Origin: Thermoplasmata archaeon | GTDB taxonomy: Archaea > Thermoplasmatota > Thermoplasmata > Thermoplasmatales > GCA-001856825 | Reading direction: 5' to 3' | Length of the DNA: 64,000 nucleotides | Assembly (NCBI GenBank): GCA_021816725.1 | Contig: JAKAXD010000005.1 | Span: 4,889-68,888, forward strand | In this document: positions 12,492-22,368 of the stretch, piece by piece | Layout: each line of letters begins with the position of its first letter | Position numbering within the stretch: the first letter of the stretch is position 1 | Made by a program: the position numbers and the translations under genes | The notes under the pieces: generated by a model | What the model was told of the DNA's origin: nothing | Database searches by the model: none | Seen by the model: the letters and a program-made list of their open reading frames with translations, nothing else

Positions 12492-14534
12492 TCACAATCC
12501 GTGAGTTACCTGTTTATCCACCAGTTTCTTTGCCTCCCTGATAATGCTTTCGGAGATCCTTTCCCCGAAACCTTGAATTTTTTCAAGGTCCTTTGCTGTG
12601 GAATTTGCAATCTTTTCCAGATTGAACCCGTTAACCATCAATCTTCTTGCCCTGACCCTGCCAACGTTCGGAAGGAAGACAAGCGGGATTAGATCCTGTT
12701 GAATGCCATTCGATATCCGATAGTTAAGGACCCTCAGTTCAGTTCTCCCAAGATTCAGTGCCCTTGAAATCTCGTACAATGAATGAGAGAGCCAGTCCGC
12801 TATTTCTACCCTGTTCCTCAGGTCTGCAGGCCATATATGGTATTTTTCGATGATGGCATCCTCAGGAAATTCTTCAATCCAGTCCCCCAGAATCGAAGCA
12901 ACCTTCATCTGTTCAGGTTGGGAATGGAATGGAAGATTGGACGGGGGAATGTAAGGCAAGGATTCGCTATCTGAAACGTAGAGCGGCGGCATGTCTGGTG
13001 TTGAACATATTCCAAGGAGTATTTCGTCAACGTTGTGCAGCATGATTGTATTCTTCAATATTACTCCTGTAAGTGGATCTATATAAAGTTCAGATACCTT
13101 CCTCCCAAACGGAGTCGCCTTATATGTTCCAGTTCCCCTTATCATCTCGTTTTCTTGTAGGAATTGCAGACTCCCTTCAATCCACTTATCTAGTTGCAGG
13201 CCTTCATGGAAGGCAAGTGTAGTAGAGAAAAATTTGCTTAGGGATTCCATGTCCTTGCTCATGCCGGATGAAATCAATCCCAGGACGTGCATCCTTATCT
13301 TGCCTTCATTGATCCTTGAAGTGATGCTCTCAAGTTCTCCGTTGACGTAAGTTGAAAACACATCCTGAAGCCTATTTCTGGATGTGTAGATATAACCGTT
13401 TCCAAGCCTGTCAAATTTTACCCTCCCAGCCCTGCCAAGCATTTGCTGAACCTCCAGGTTTGGGATCATGACGGACGAGAATCCATCGTACCTGAAAATG
13501 TCCTTTATTATGACTGACCTCGCAGGAAGGTTCAATCCAGCTGCAAGCGTTGTTGTCGCGACAATGACCTTCAATTTTCTCCCTCTGAATAAACGTTCAA
13601 CGAGTCTTCGCTGTTCTGACAGCATTCCTGCATGGTGATATCCAACCCCCCTCTTCAGGACAGGAAGAAGCTTGTCATACCCTGGCGAATCAGAATCATA
13701 ACTTATCTTTTCCAATTCTGCCTTGTCCTCCCGAGTCAGCTTTGCTTCTATGAATCTGCTCATTTTTTCTGCAGTAGTTTCGGCTGATTTTCTGGACCTT
13801 ACAAAAATGAGTGTCTGGCCTGAATTTTCAAGTGAGTCAGTTACAAAATCCTCAAAGGAGTCTATATCAGAAACAAGTAAACCGTCTTCGTCTATTATGG
13901 AATCGGATGTAACGACAAACTTCCTTAGTGGAACTGGCCTGAAATCACTTGTGACTTCTATTGAATTTAACCATCTCGCAATATCGTTCACATTTTTTAC
14001 GGTTGCAGACATGGCTATGAATTGAGCCCCTTCCACAAGGAACCTTATCTTAGAAATGACTATCTCGAGAGTACTCCCCCTGGATTCGTCCAGGATATTA
14101 TGGATCTCGTCAAAGACAACGAACCCTAGATTTTCGAAAACTGAAGGATTGTTCCTCAGGAGAGAATCAACTTTTTCAGATGTCGAGATGATAATGTCGT
14201 AGTTCTTCAGGTAATTGGATGGCCTGTCATAGTCTCCAGTGCTTATCCCTACTTTAAGGCCGAGTTCAGCGAAGAATTTCAGGTCTTCATATTTTTCTTC
14301 AGCAAGAGCCCGAAGGGGAACCACGTAGAGTGAACGCAACCCCATTTTCCAGGCTCTAAGGATTCCGTAGTAAGCGACCACGGTCTTTCCCGAGGAAGTA
14401 GGTGTAGCAAGGAGGAGAGATTCTCCCCTTGACAGGATTTTCATCCCTTCAACCTGGAGCGGATAAAGTCTCTCAATACCCTCATTTTCCAGGTATCTGA
14501 CAAATTCAACAGGTGCAGGAAACTCTAGATCCAA
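12492..14534 (-). CDS. hel308: Ski2-like DNA helicase Hel308
   Basis: Walker A ATPTSSGKT, DEIH box (FDEIHN), motif VI QMLGRAGR, and a C-terminal HhH-like tail. 680 aa. Confidence 0.85.
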   Translation of the reverse strand: MDLEFPAPVEFVRYLENEGIERLYPLQVEGMKILSRGESLLLATPTSSGKTVVAYYGILRAWKMGLRSLYVVPLRALAEEKYEDLKFFAELGLKVGISTGDYDRPSNYLKNYDIIISTSEKVDSLLRNNPSVFENLGFVVFDEIHNILDESRGSTLEIVISKIRFLVEGAQFIAMSATVKNVNDIARWLNSIEVTSDFRPVPLRKFVVTSDSIIDEDGLLVSDIDSFEDFVTDSLENSGQTLIFVRSRKSAETTAEKMSRFIEAKLTREDKAELEKISYDSDSPGYDKLLPVLKRGVGYHHAGMLSEQRRLVERLFRGRKLKVIVATTTLAAGLNLPARSVIIKDIFRYDGFSSVMIPNLEVQQMLGRAGRVKFDRLGNGYIYTSRNRLQDVFSTYVNGELESITSRINEGKIRMHVLGLISSGMSKDMESLSKFFSTTLAFHEGLQLDKWIEGSLQFLQENEMIRGTGTYKATPFGRKVSELYIDPLTGVILKNTIMLHNVDEILLGICSTPDMPPLYVSDSESLPYIPPSNLPFHSQPEQMKVASILGDWIEEFPEDAIIEKYHIWPADLRNRVEIADWLSHSLYEISRALNLGRTELRVLNYRISNGIQQDLIPLVFLPNVGRVRARRLMVNGFNLEKIANSTAKDLEKIQGFGERISESIIREAKKLVDKQVTHGL

Positions 14535-14537
14535 AGC

Positions 14538-15857
14538 CTAGATTACCTCTTTTCCCATGGAATCCCTTAGAACTTTCGGGATTACTATCGTACCGTCCTC
14601 CTGTTGATAATTCTCGACTATTGCAACCAATGTACGAGTGGTTGCTATGAGTGTTGAATTTAGTGTGTGCACAAATGCATTTCCTTCCTTTGTCCTGTAT
14701 CTAACCTTGAGCCTTCTTGCCTGGTAGTCAAGGACATTAGATGCACTAACTACTTCCCTGAACTGGGCCTGTGCTGGGTACCACGCCTCAATATCAAATT
14801 TCCTGCTTGCTACATTCCCAAGATCGCCAGTTGCAATATCGACAACCCTGAATGGTATCTCAAGGGACCTATAGAACTCCTTTGCGTTTTCAAGTAGCTT
14901 CTGGTGATAAACTCTAGAATCTTCAGGTCTCACATATGCAAACTGTTCTATCTTGTTGAATTGATGTACCCTGAATATCCCTTTGGTATCCTTACCGTGA
15001 GCACCCGCTTCTTTCCTGAAGCAGGGCGATATACCGGCGTAAAGCAACGGAAGATTTGACTCCTCAAGTATCGTGTTTGAATGGTACGCGGCAATTGGAT
15101 GTTCAGATGTTGCTATAAGGTAGAGGTCCTCGCCTTCCACCTTGTACAGTGTATCTTCAAAGGCAGTGAAATCAGTGGCACCATCCGTAGCTTCCCTGTT
15201 GAGCATGAAAGGAGGTTCCATGAGGGTAAATCCCCTCTTCTGCAGGAATCTGAGTGCATAATGTTCAAGCGTGGATTCCAGAAGAACCATGTCACCTAAG
15301 AGGTAGTAGAATCTAGCTCCCGAAACAGCTGCAGCACTCTCCAGGTTTGCAAGGTTCCTCTTTACAAGAAGATCAACGTGACTCTGTGGCTTGAATTTTG
15401 AGACTTCATACTCCATTTTCCCCTTGCTCTGTGCCAAGAAGCTGTCAACATCCTCCCCAGATACCTTGGCATTCCCCTCGAAATATATCGGGAGATTGCC
15501 TGATTCATCCTTAGCAAGGGGGGCCTCGGAATCCGCAATATTAGGGATCCTCCTGAGAATAACATCCCTCCTCTCCTCTGTTTCTCTCAGGGTTATTTCG
15601 TACTGCTGTATATTCCTGTCAATTTCTGTAGCCTTTATCTTCACTTCATCTGGGTTTTCCCCCCTCCTGATCCTTTCTCCTATCTCCCTTACAAGCTTAT
15701 TCTTCTCCGCCTTGAGGTCATTGGACTTCTTCAGAAGTTCCCTCCAGTCAGAATCTAGCTTAATCGCTTCACGGATGATGCCATCATCCTGAAATCTCCT
15801 CTTCTGGCTGTCGAATAGAATCTCAGGGTTCTTCCTGAGGATGTTAACGTCTATCAC
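14538..15857 (-). CDS. serS: seryl-tRNA synthetase
   Basis: N-terminal coiled-coil arm and a class II core (FRKEAGAHGKDTKGIFRVHQFNKIEQF). 439 aa. Confidence 0.9.
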   Translation of the reverse strand: MIDVNILRKNPEILFDSQKRRFQDDGIIREAIKLDSDWRELLKKSNDLKAEKNKLVREIGERIRRGENPDEVKIKATEIDRNIQQYEITLRETEERRDVILRRIPNIADSEAPLAKDESGNLPIYFEGNAKVSGEDVDSFLAQSKGKMEYEVSKFKPQSHVDLLVKRNLANLESAAAVSGARFYYLLGDMVLLESTLEHYALRFLQKRGFTLMEPPFMLNREATDGATDFTAFEDTLYKVEGEDLYLIATSEHPIAAYHSNTILEESNLPLLYAGISPCFRKEAGAHGKDTKGIFRVHQFNKIEQFAYVRPEDSRVYHQKLLENAKEFYRSLEIPFRVVDIATGDLGNVASRKFDIEAWYPAQAQFREVVSASNVLDYQARRLKVRYRTKEGNAFVHTLNSTLIATTRTLVAIVENYQQEDGTIVIPKVLRDSMGKEVI

Positions 15858-15921
15858 ATATTAGGAACGAATTCTTTCTAATTAATTTTGTTTGGATATT
15901 TCAAACAAACCCTGGAACAGA

Positions 15922-16401
15922 TTATTCCTTCGATTTATCTATTCCTCTACTGTATAGGACTTTTGCAAAAAGTTGTAATCCTTCAAATTTGTCGACTGAA
16001 AAACTTTCAGAAAACCTTGGGATCCTACCAATCCTGAGTAATTCAGACATCAGCATTTCAACGTCAGAACCAATCCTGAGAATTGAGCCAACGACGCTGC
16101 TCTTTGCACGCATCAGCACTTCTTCCAGATCAGTATTACCAATCTCGCTTGATATGAATTGTTTCATGAATCCAGGGTCTGGTGCTTTATGTTTGAGAAT
16201 GAGTGAAGACCCTATATCAGAATAGTATCTCAATAGCTTGGTGTAATTTTCCTTCCACGCACTGTCAGTATGGAATAGCTGCCCGATATCGGACATAATC
16301 CTATCATAATGACGGAAAAACTCCCAAACACCTGAATCGTAATCTTCCATGGCATCTGTGATAAGGCATTTAAACTGAGGGATTTTTCTCTCAACAACCA
16401 T
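15922..16401 (-). CDS. hypothetical protein (predicted all-alpha)
   Basis: 159 aa ORF with coding-like composition between serS and gatE. No recognisable motif. Confidence 0.4.
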   Translation of the reverse strand: MVVERKIPQFKCLITDAMEDYDSGVWEFFRHYDRIMSDIGQLFHTDSAWKENYTKLLRYYSDIGSSLILKHKAPDPGFMKQFISSEIGNTDLEEVLMRAKSSVVGSILRIGSDVEMLMSELLRIGRIPRFSESFSVDKFEGLQLFAKVLYSRGIDKSKE

Positions 16402-16512
16402 TTCTATCCTGACTTGCTAGTCGGGAACATACTTAATCATTTCTTGATTGAGGGAACTAAATTAGCAGTCGAGATTACTTGGCCTTGTTATCCTATTCCC
16501 TCATATTGGAAT

Positions 16513-18435
16513 TCAGTTTTTCTCATCTTTATGACTTGCTTCAGAAATCATCTTCTTGAGTAGGTCGGAAATATCCTTTCCCTCAAACTCCCCTCGTACC
16601 TGCTTCATTACTTCCCCCATCAAAAGCTTGAAGGACCCTTCCCCTCTCTCTCTTACCAGCTTCTCGTTTTCCACTATAACGCTCTCTATTATCTTAAGGA
16701 GTCTTTTGTCACTCTGACCCTTGAATTTGAAGTCGGGGCCTAATTCCTTATTGCCATCATTCCCATGTAGTTCGAGAACGTAATTGGAACGGTCGTCTTT
16801 CTTTAAGATTATCTTCCTCCCTCCAGGCATGCTGAAAACCCCTTCCCTGTACAGGGCTTCAAGTGATTCAGATGGTATGTTGCCCCTAGAAAATCTCTCC
16901 ACGAGCATGCTTGCCTTGACAACATCAGGTCGTTCAGATGCAAATACAACCGCTAGAAACCTTGCACACACCTTAGGGTTTCCGAAATCATTTACGAATG
17001 ACTCCAGCACGTCATCGTATTCCTTCCAGAGTGATACGAATGCTTCCTGTCGTGGTATGCCAAGCGACTCCAGATGTGAGACCCTCTGTTCCACTGTCGG
17101 TGGAACTTTTCTTTCTACGTCCTTGATGTACGCTGAATCGAGCGGGATGAGTGGAATGTCTGTCTCCGGGTACATCCTTGAACTTCCTGGAAGAGGTCTC
17201 AGGAATCTCGTATCGTTCTCTGTCGCCCCCCTTGTTTCAGCAGGGACTCCTTTCTTTGCCTCTGCGATCCTGTTCTGGATAATCTCTATGCATTGGCTTA
17301 ACCTGTTTGATTCCAGTGAAACAAGACCAAAGGCATCTTCATTTTTTGTTCCAAGCCTCTTTGAAATTTCCTTCTTTTCTGCCTCGCCTATTCCATAATT
17401 TGGAAGTTCATCAGAATGGATGAACCCTCCTATACCTACGGTCTTCAGTCGTTCTGCAATTTCCCGTCCAAGCCTGTACTTCCCGTTATTCAATACCCCA
17501 GACAGCCCGGGAAGTGTAAATCCAAATATCTTTTTGCCGGCCTTCAGGCCCTTTGTGAATACGTCAGACGACTTGAAGAACGATGAATTTGTTAAGTCTT
17601 CAATGTGAAAATCAGTTGAAACATCCCTGTTCCTGAGGATTCCAGCAATCTCAACAAGAGACCGCTGTCTTTCAATCTCCTTGGAGAGAACCTTTTCTAT
17701 CTGAGAAAGGGACTGTACTCCCTTTATCTCAACCCTGTTTCCGCCCCTAATGGAAACGTTGAGATCTTGTCTGATGCTGCTTGTCTCTCTCCTAATCATA
17801 CGGCTCTGTTTCACAGCAAGACCTATGCTCTCTGCAACTTCCCTCGCCTCCTTGGGCGACCTGATATCCGGCTCAGTTGATATCTCTATAAGGGGTATAC
17901 CAAGTCTGTCCAAGGAATAGACAACTTTGTTTTCTTCTTCCTTTATTTTCCTGCAAGCTTCCTCTTCCAGAGTCACTGAGGTCACGCCAATGTTACTTGG
18001 TCCCATCTTAAAGACACCGTGCAGACCAACAATGCCTGTTCTCTGGAAACCGGACGTGTTTGATCCATCTATTACAATCTTCCTCATGAAATGGACATTG
18101 TCAACCACCTTACAACCGAGTATTAGCGATACTATGATCGCGGTTTCCAGTGTATCCTTGCCAGGATAGTGTGGCGGTTCCTCGTCCATCTCCACGAGAC
18201 AGGAGTTTTCAGTCTTCCTGTACTCAAATTCCCTCCCTTTCATGGACTCTTGCAGTGCTGCCGCATCCTTCTCAGATTTTTCACCAGAGACAACTGCAAG
18301 TTTCCTGGTGAATGACCCAATTTCCTTGGTTCCTTCCTCACCTTTGCATTCGCAAAATAACTTCCTTCCACTTACCTGAAAGTGTATTTCAAGTCCAATC
18401 TTCACATCATTCTGTTCTTCTTCCAGATATCTCAC
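16513..18435 (-). CDS. gatE: Glu-tRNA(Gln) amidotransferase subunit E
   Basis: N-terminal GLEIHFQV signature, 640 aa, immediately downstream of gatD and overlapping it. Confidence 0.9.
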   Translation of the reverse strand: MRYLEEEQNDVKIGLEIHFQVSGRKLFCECKGEEGTKEIGSFTRKLAVVSGEKSEKDAAALQESMKGREFEYRKTENSCLVEMDEEPPHYPGKDTLETAIIVSLILGCKVVDNVHFMRKIVIDGSNTSGFQRTGIVGLHGVFKMGPSNIGVTSVTLEEEACRKIKEEENKVVYSLDRLGIPLIEISTEPDIRSPKEAREVAESIGLAVKQSRMIRRETSSIRQDLNVSIRGGNRVEIKGVQSLSQIEKVLSKEIERQRSLVEIAGILRNRDVSTDFHIEDLTNSSFFKSSDVFTKGLKAGKKIFGFTLPGLSGVLNNGKYRLGREIAERLKTVGIGGFIHSDELPNYGIGEAEKKEISKRLGTKNEDAFGLVSLESNRLSQCIEIIQNRIAEAKKGVPAETRGATENDTRFLRPLPGSSRMYPETDIPLIPLDSAYIKDVERKVPPTVEQRVSHLESLGIPRQEAFVSLWKEYDDVLESFVNDFGNPKVCARFLAVVFASERPDVVKASMLVERFSRGNIPSESLEALYREGVFSMPGGRKIILKKDDRSNYVLELHGNDGNKELGPDFKFKGQSDKRLLKIIESVIVENEKLVRERGEGSFKLLMGEVMKQVRGEFEGKDISDLLKKMISEASHKDEKN

Positions 18436-19636
18436 CCCTTAGATTTTTCACAAGAAGACTTCTCGAAGTTTCAGGATCAAAGTTGCCTAGGAGGAAAGAC
18501 AGCTTAGTGAATGCTACTTCAGGAAGCATGTCCTGCAAAGGAATTATTCCAGCCTTTTGAAGATTTCTTCCAGTTGTATATACGTCCATATCCACACTCC
18601 CGTATAGACACTGGGTGGTCATTCCTATTATTTTTCCTTGGTTGGTATAGTCGCTAACCTGTGAAATGAACCTGTTCGTCATGTGCCCGAGTCCGGTTCC
18701 AGCAATGATCAAGCCATCGTTGATGTCGGCAAACTTGTTGAATAGCTCCTCACTCATCCCCGGGTAGAAATACAGCAATCCGACCCTTTCGCTCATTTTA
18801 TCATAAAGTTTCATTGGTTTCCCGCCCAACCTTTCGTAGCTTCCCCAGTGGATTTCAAGATTCTTGTCAATCCTGCCGATAGGTTCTGAATTTATGCTCT
18901 TGAACGCGTCTCTTCTTGACGAATGCATTTTTCTGAGCCTCACTCCAGAGTGGATATAGAGGGAGTCGTCACTCGTTGACGAGTGCATAACCACGCATAC
19001 CTGACCCACGTCGGATTGGGCAACCTTCATAGCACCGCTAAGATTGAAAAACGCATCGGACGATGGTCTATCTGGCGACCTCTGAGATGCAGTAAAGACG
19101 ACAGGTGCTTTTGGATTTTCCAAAAGGAATGCTATGGCAGAAGAGGTGAAGGATAGCACGTCGGTTCCATGCGTGATTACGACGCCTTCCTCCTGGTCAG
19201 CCTTTTCATAGATCTTCCTTGCTATATTGATCCAATCCTTCTTTTGCACATCCTCTGAAAGAATGTTTAAAATGATATCTGCGTCGATTGTTGCAATCTT
19301 AGCGAGGTCCGGCTGGGCATATAACATTTCCTGGACAGTCCTGGCCGGTTTTACGGCACCGGTTTCATAATCCACATAACTTGCTATTGTTCCCCCGGTA
19401 CCAAGCAGAAATACCTTCTTTCCTGTACCTGTCCTCTCGCTTATATTGGTCTTCCTCGGAATGAACTTCGAAATTAGGTTGATGGAAGTAATACTTCCGT
19501 TATCAAGAGACAGGTTGTAACCGTTCTGAAGCTTGATTACAGTTACCTTTTCATCTCTTGAAATGAACATTCCTGAAAATTTAGTACCCTTCCATTGTAT
19601 CTCAATCCTATCGCCCGAGTCAAAGTCAGAGGACAC
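18407..19636 (-). CDS. gatD: Glu-tRNA(Gln) amidotransferase subunit D (asparaginase-like)
   Basis: Asparaginase motif LLGTGGTIAS and HGTD. 409 aa. Overlaps gatE by 29 nt. Confidence 0.9.
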   Translation of the reverse strand: MSSDFDSGDRIEIQWKGTKFSGMFISRDEKVTVIKLQNGYNLSLDNGSITSINLISKFIPRKTNISERTGTGKKVFLLGTGGTIASYVDYETGAVKPARTVQEMLYAQPDLAKIATIDADIILNILSEDVQKKDWINIARKIYEKADQEEGVVITHGTDVLSFTSSAIAFLLENPKAPVVFTASQRSPDRPSSDAFFNLSGAMKVAQSDVGQVCVVMHSSTSDDSLYIHSGVRLRKMHSSRRDAFKSINSEPIGRIDKNLEIHWGSYERLGGKPMKLYDKMSERVGLLYFYPGMSEELFNKFADINDGLIIAGTGLGHMTNRFISQVSDYTNQGKIIGMTTQCLYGSVDMDVYTTGRNLQKAGIIPLQDMLPEVAFTKLSFLLGNFDPETSRSLLVKNLRGEISGRRTE

Positions 19637-20133
19637 AGGTAGGGATGTTTATGTCATAAAAAAACTTGCCGAGATATTGCAAGTCCGTTATGGGAGAGAA
19701 AAATGATAATGCACAATTTGCAAAGGAGATATGACTAAGAATTTGTCATGGAACATGAATTGTCCGAGACTGGTGAGAGTTTCATTCACTTACATATTGA
19801 CTCTGAACCTACGGGTGGATTCCGGATAGTCTTTACTGAATGAAAGCGTCTTTTAAAGACTTGAAAGCGTGAGGAAATTCAGGTGGTGGAGAGATTCAGG
19901 ATTTTTCATAACAATTAGAATTAAAACTTGCATTCCTGCTAAACTTTAGGCCTGCGCCTTTTCCTTTTGCAAATTAATAAGGGCTAATCTATCCAATGGT
20001 TCGGATGCTTTAGGCAAGTTACCCCTGTGCGACATCTTATCAGCCAATTTACTTGATTCCTCAATTGAAACAATCAATATCTCATTCTATTCAAAATTAA
20101 GAAATCGTTTAATTGTAGTGTTTATTTAGATAT

Positions 20134-20652
20134 ATGCGTCCTTTCTTGATCGGCAGATTCCAGCCTTTTCATAACGGTCACATGTGGCTAGCTAGTAAGA
20201 TAGTGGAAGAATACGGCTCAATTATCATCGGAATAGGAAGCGCACAGGAGTCGCACACTTTGGTCAATCCCTTCACTGCAGGAGAAAGACAGTACATGAT
20301 CCAGAGAGCATTGGAAGCAAACTCCATTCACGACTTTTACTTGGTCCCGATAGAGGACCTCTACCGCAACAGTCTATGGGTCAGTCATATAGTCTCACTC
20401 ACTCCTCCATTCGACATAGCAATATCTGCCAATCCATTAGTTAAGAGACTATTCATGGAAGCAGGGAAGAACGTGCTTGAGCCTGAAATGAAATCGAGGA
20501 AGATATATTCCGGTCGTGAGATAAGGAAGAAGATAATCAAAGGAGAAAAGTGGGATGATCTTGTTCCTGAACAAGTATATAAGGTCATTTTAGAGATAGA
20601 TGGAGTGAAGAGACTCCAGGACCTTTCAAAGACCGATGAAGTTAATAAGTGA
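20134..20652 (+). CDS. nadM: nicotinamide-nucleotide adenylyltransferase (archaeal type)
   Basis: GRFQPFHNGH nucleotidyltransferase motif. 172 aa. Confidence 0.85.
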   Translation: MRPFLIGRFQPFHNGHMWLASKIVEEYGSIIIGIGSAQESHTLVNPFTAGERQYMIQRALEANSIHDFYLVPIEDLYRNSLWVSHIVSLTPPFDIAISANPLVKRLFMEAGKNVLEPEMKSRKIYSGREIRKKIIKGEKWDDLVPEQVYKVILEIDGVKRLQDLSKTDEVNK

Positions 20653-20954
20653 ATAAAAATACAGTCCGAATGAAGGAAATGGAGTTCGTGGTCGCAGACA
20701 AGGGAAAGGATTACATAGTCTACGAAGTACTCAACAATGACAACACCATACTCCGACCACTGATGGAGGAAATAGAGAACGACAGTATGGTAGATAACGT
20801 GAGATATTATTTTGAGCACCCATACCTTTCAAACCCAAAGATCCACATCAAGGTGAAACAGGGCAAGCCTCAGGCAGCACTGAAGAGAAGTCTTAGAAGA
20901 ATGGAGAAGATATTTGAAAATCTTCACGGGCAATACAAGAAGATTAACTCCTAG
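20649..20954 (+). CDS. rpoL: DNA-directed RNA polymerase subunit L (Rpo11)
   Basis: The pattern ...MEFVVADKGKDYIVYEVLNNDNTILRPLMEEI...VRYYFEHPYLSNPKIHIKVK matches RpoL/Rpb11. The true start may be ATG at 20670 or 20679 rather than GTG at 20649. Confidence 0.75.
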   Translation: MNKNTVRMKEMEFVVADKGKDYIVYEVLNNDNTILRPLMEEIENDSMVDNVRYYFEHPYLSNPKIHIKVKQGKPQAALKRSLRRMEKIFENLHGQYKKINS

Positions 20955-21009
20955 GTCTAATTTTCTAAGTACACATGAAAGTTTTTATGTGCAATACTGA
21001 TTAGTTTAC

Positions 21010-21753
21010 ATGGATCACGATGACGCACAGGTCGTGGAGATTGAAAAATTCGTTCCCAGAAATCCCTTAGTTATATTGGGATTCGTGGAAAGCACGACAC
21101 TAGGTCTCCTGACGTCTTCATACCTAATAGAGCAGGCGAAACTGCATCAGATTGCCCAAATAAGAAGCATCCACATACCTCCGGTTACGGTATTCGTAGG
21201 CGGAAAGATGAGGACGCCATTCAGGATATACATGAACCAGGAAGGTTCTCTCATGGTCATCACATGCGAGGTGCCCATTGACGACGAGGGTCTCTATGAA
21301 ATTTCATCTGCCTTAGTTAAGTGGCTGCAGGGGATAAACCCAAAGGAGATTGTGGTTTTAGATGGCATTCCGGTAAAGGGACTGGTGGACACTAGAACAG
21401 TTTATGGTGCTGCGGAGACAAGCAACTTCAAGAAGCTTGCCGATGTTGGAGTAGAAAGTGCAGGCTCTGCGATTATTTCTGGGATCGGGGGAGCACTCAT
21501 TAATGAGTCAATAGGTAAAAAAATTGAGGCGGTCTCTCTTATGACCGAGACATCCGTTGACATCCCAGATCCTGGGGCAGTTCTAGCTATAGTAGATGTG
21601 TTGAATAAGGCATACAATCTCAAGTTGGCAACGGACTTACTTGAGGAGTCCGTGAAAAAACTGAATGAACAGACAAACGACATAATAAACAAATTCAACC
21701 AGATTCAAAAGGACAAGTCTCAGAAGCAGACAGAGCAGTCAATTTATGGGTAG
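21010..21753 (+). CDS. PAC2-family proteasome assembly chaperone-like protein
   Basis: About 245 aa with the N-terminal pattern NPLVILGFVESTTLGLLTSSYLIEQ and a Q/K-rich C-terminal tail, typical of archaeal PAC2 (COG1938) proteins. Assigned from memory of the family. Confidence 0.6.
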   Translation: MDHDDAQVVEIEKFVPRNPLVILGFVESTTLGLLTSSYLIEQAKLHQIAQIRSIHIPPVTVFVGGKMRTPFRIYMNQEGSLMVITCEVPIDDEGLYEISSALVKWLQGINPKEIVVLDGIPVKGLVDTRTVYGAAETSNFKKLADVGVESAGSAIISGIGGALINESIGKKIEAVSLMTETSVDIPDPGAVLAIVDVLNKAYNLKLATDLLEESVKKLNEQTNDIINKFNQIQKDKSQKQTEQSIYG

Positions 21754-21796
21754 ATTAGAAGTTTACAATTCTTATAAATGAACGGTCTGATCTGAT

Positions 21797-22273
21797 TTGG
21801 TGCTCAATATCTCTGTTATAGGCGGGAGCGAGGTACCTCCCGAGACATGCGCAATAGCAAGGGAGGTTGGAAGGCTTCTGGCGAAGGGAGGCGCAACCGT
21901 TTTTTGCGGCGGATTGTCGGGAGTGATGGAATGCGTGGCCATTGGAGTAAGGGAAGAGAACGGTCTCGTGATAGGAATACTTCCTGGCACAGACCCTGAT
22001 GCAGGAAATAAATACCTGTCAGCAGCAATTCCAACTGGCCTGGGATACGCCAGAAATTTCCTGGTTGCAAGGGCTGGGAAGGTGGTTATAGCAATAGATG
22101 GATCAACTGGCACTATCTCTGAGGCCTCCTTTGCGCTGACGGAAGGAAAGACAGTTATTTCAATAGGTAGCTATGAAATAACGCCAAATAAGAAGGGGGA
22201 AGGACGCTTCATAAAGGCAAGGACACCACAGGAGGCAGTTGAACTTGCGTTTCAGATAGCAGGGGAAGAGTAA
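21797..22273 (+). CDS. TIGR00725-family (LOG/SLOG-like Rossmann) protein
   Basis: ISVIGGS...AREVGRLLAKGGATVFCGGLSGVMECVAIGV...VIGILPG pattern. 158 aa. TTG start. Confidence 0.6.
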   Translation: MVLNISVIGGSEVPPETCAIAREVGRLLAKGGATVFCGGLSGVMECVAIGVREENGLVIGILPGTDPDAGNKYLSAAIPTGLGYARNFLVARAGKVVIAIDGSTGTISEASFALTEGKTVISIGSYEITPNKKGEGRFIKARTPQEAVELAFQIAGEE

Positions 22274-22368
22274 CAGGAATTTCCGGAACAATCAAGAAAC
22301 ACAAATCCCAGAAACCGTCTTTATATCAAATTCGTAAATGTTTATTAATTCAGTTTAACTGATAGGAT

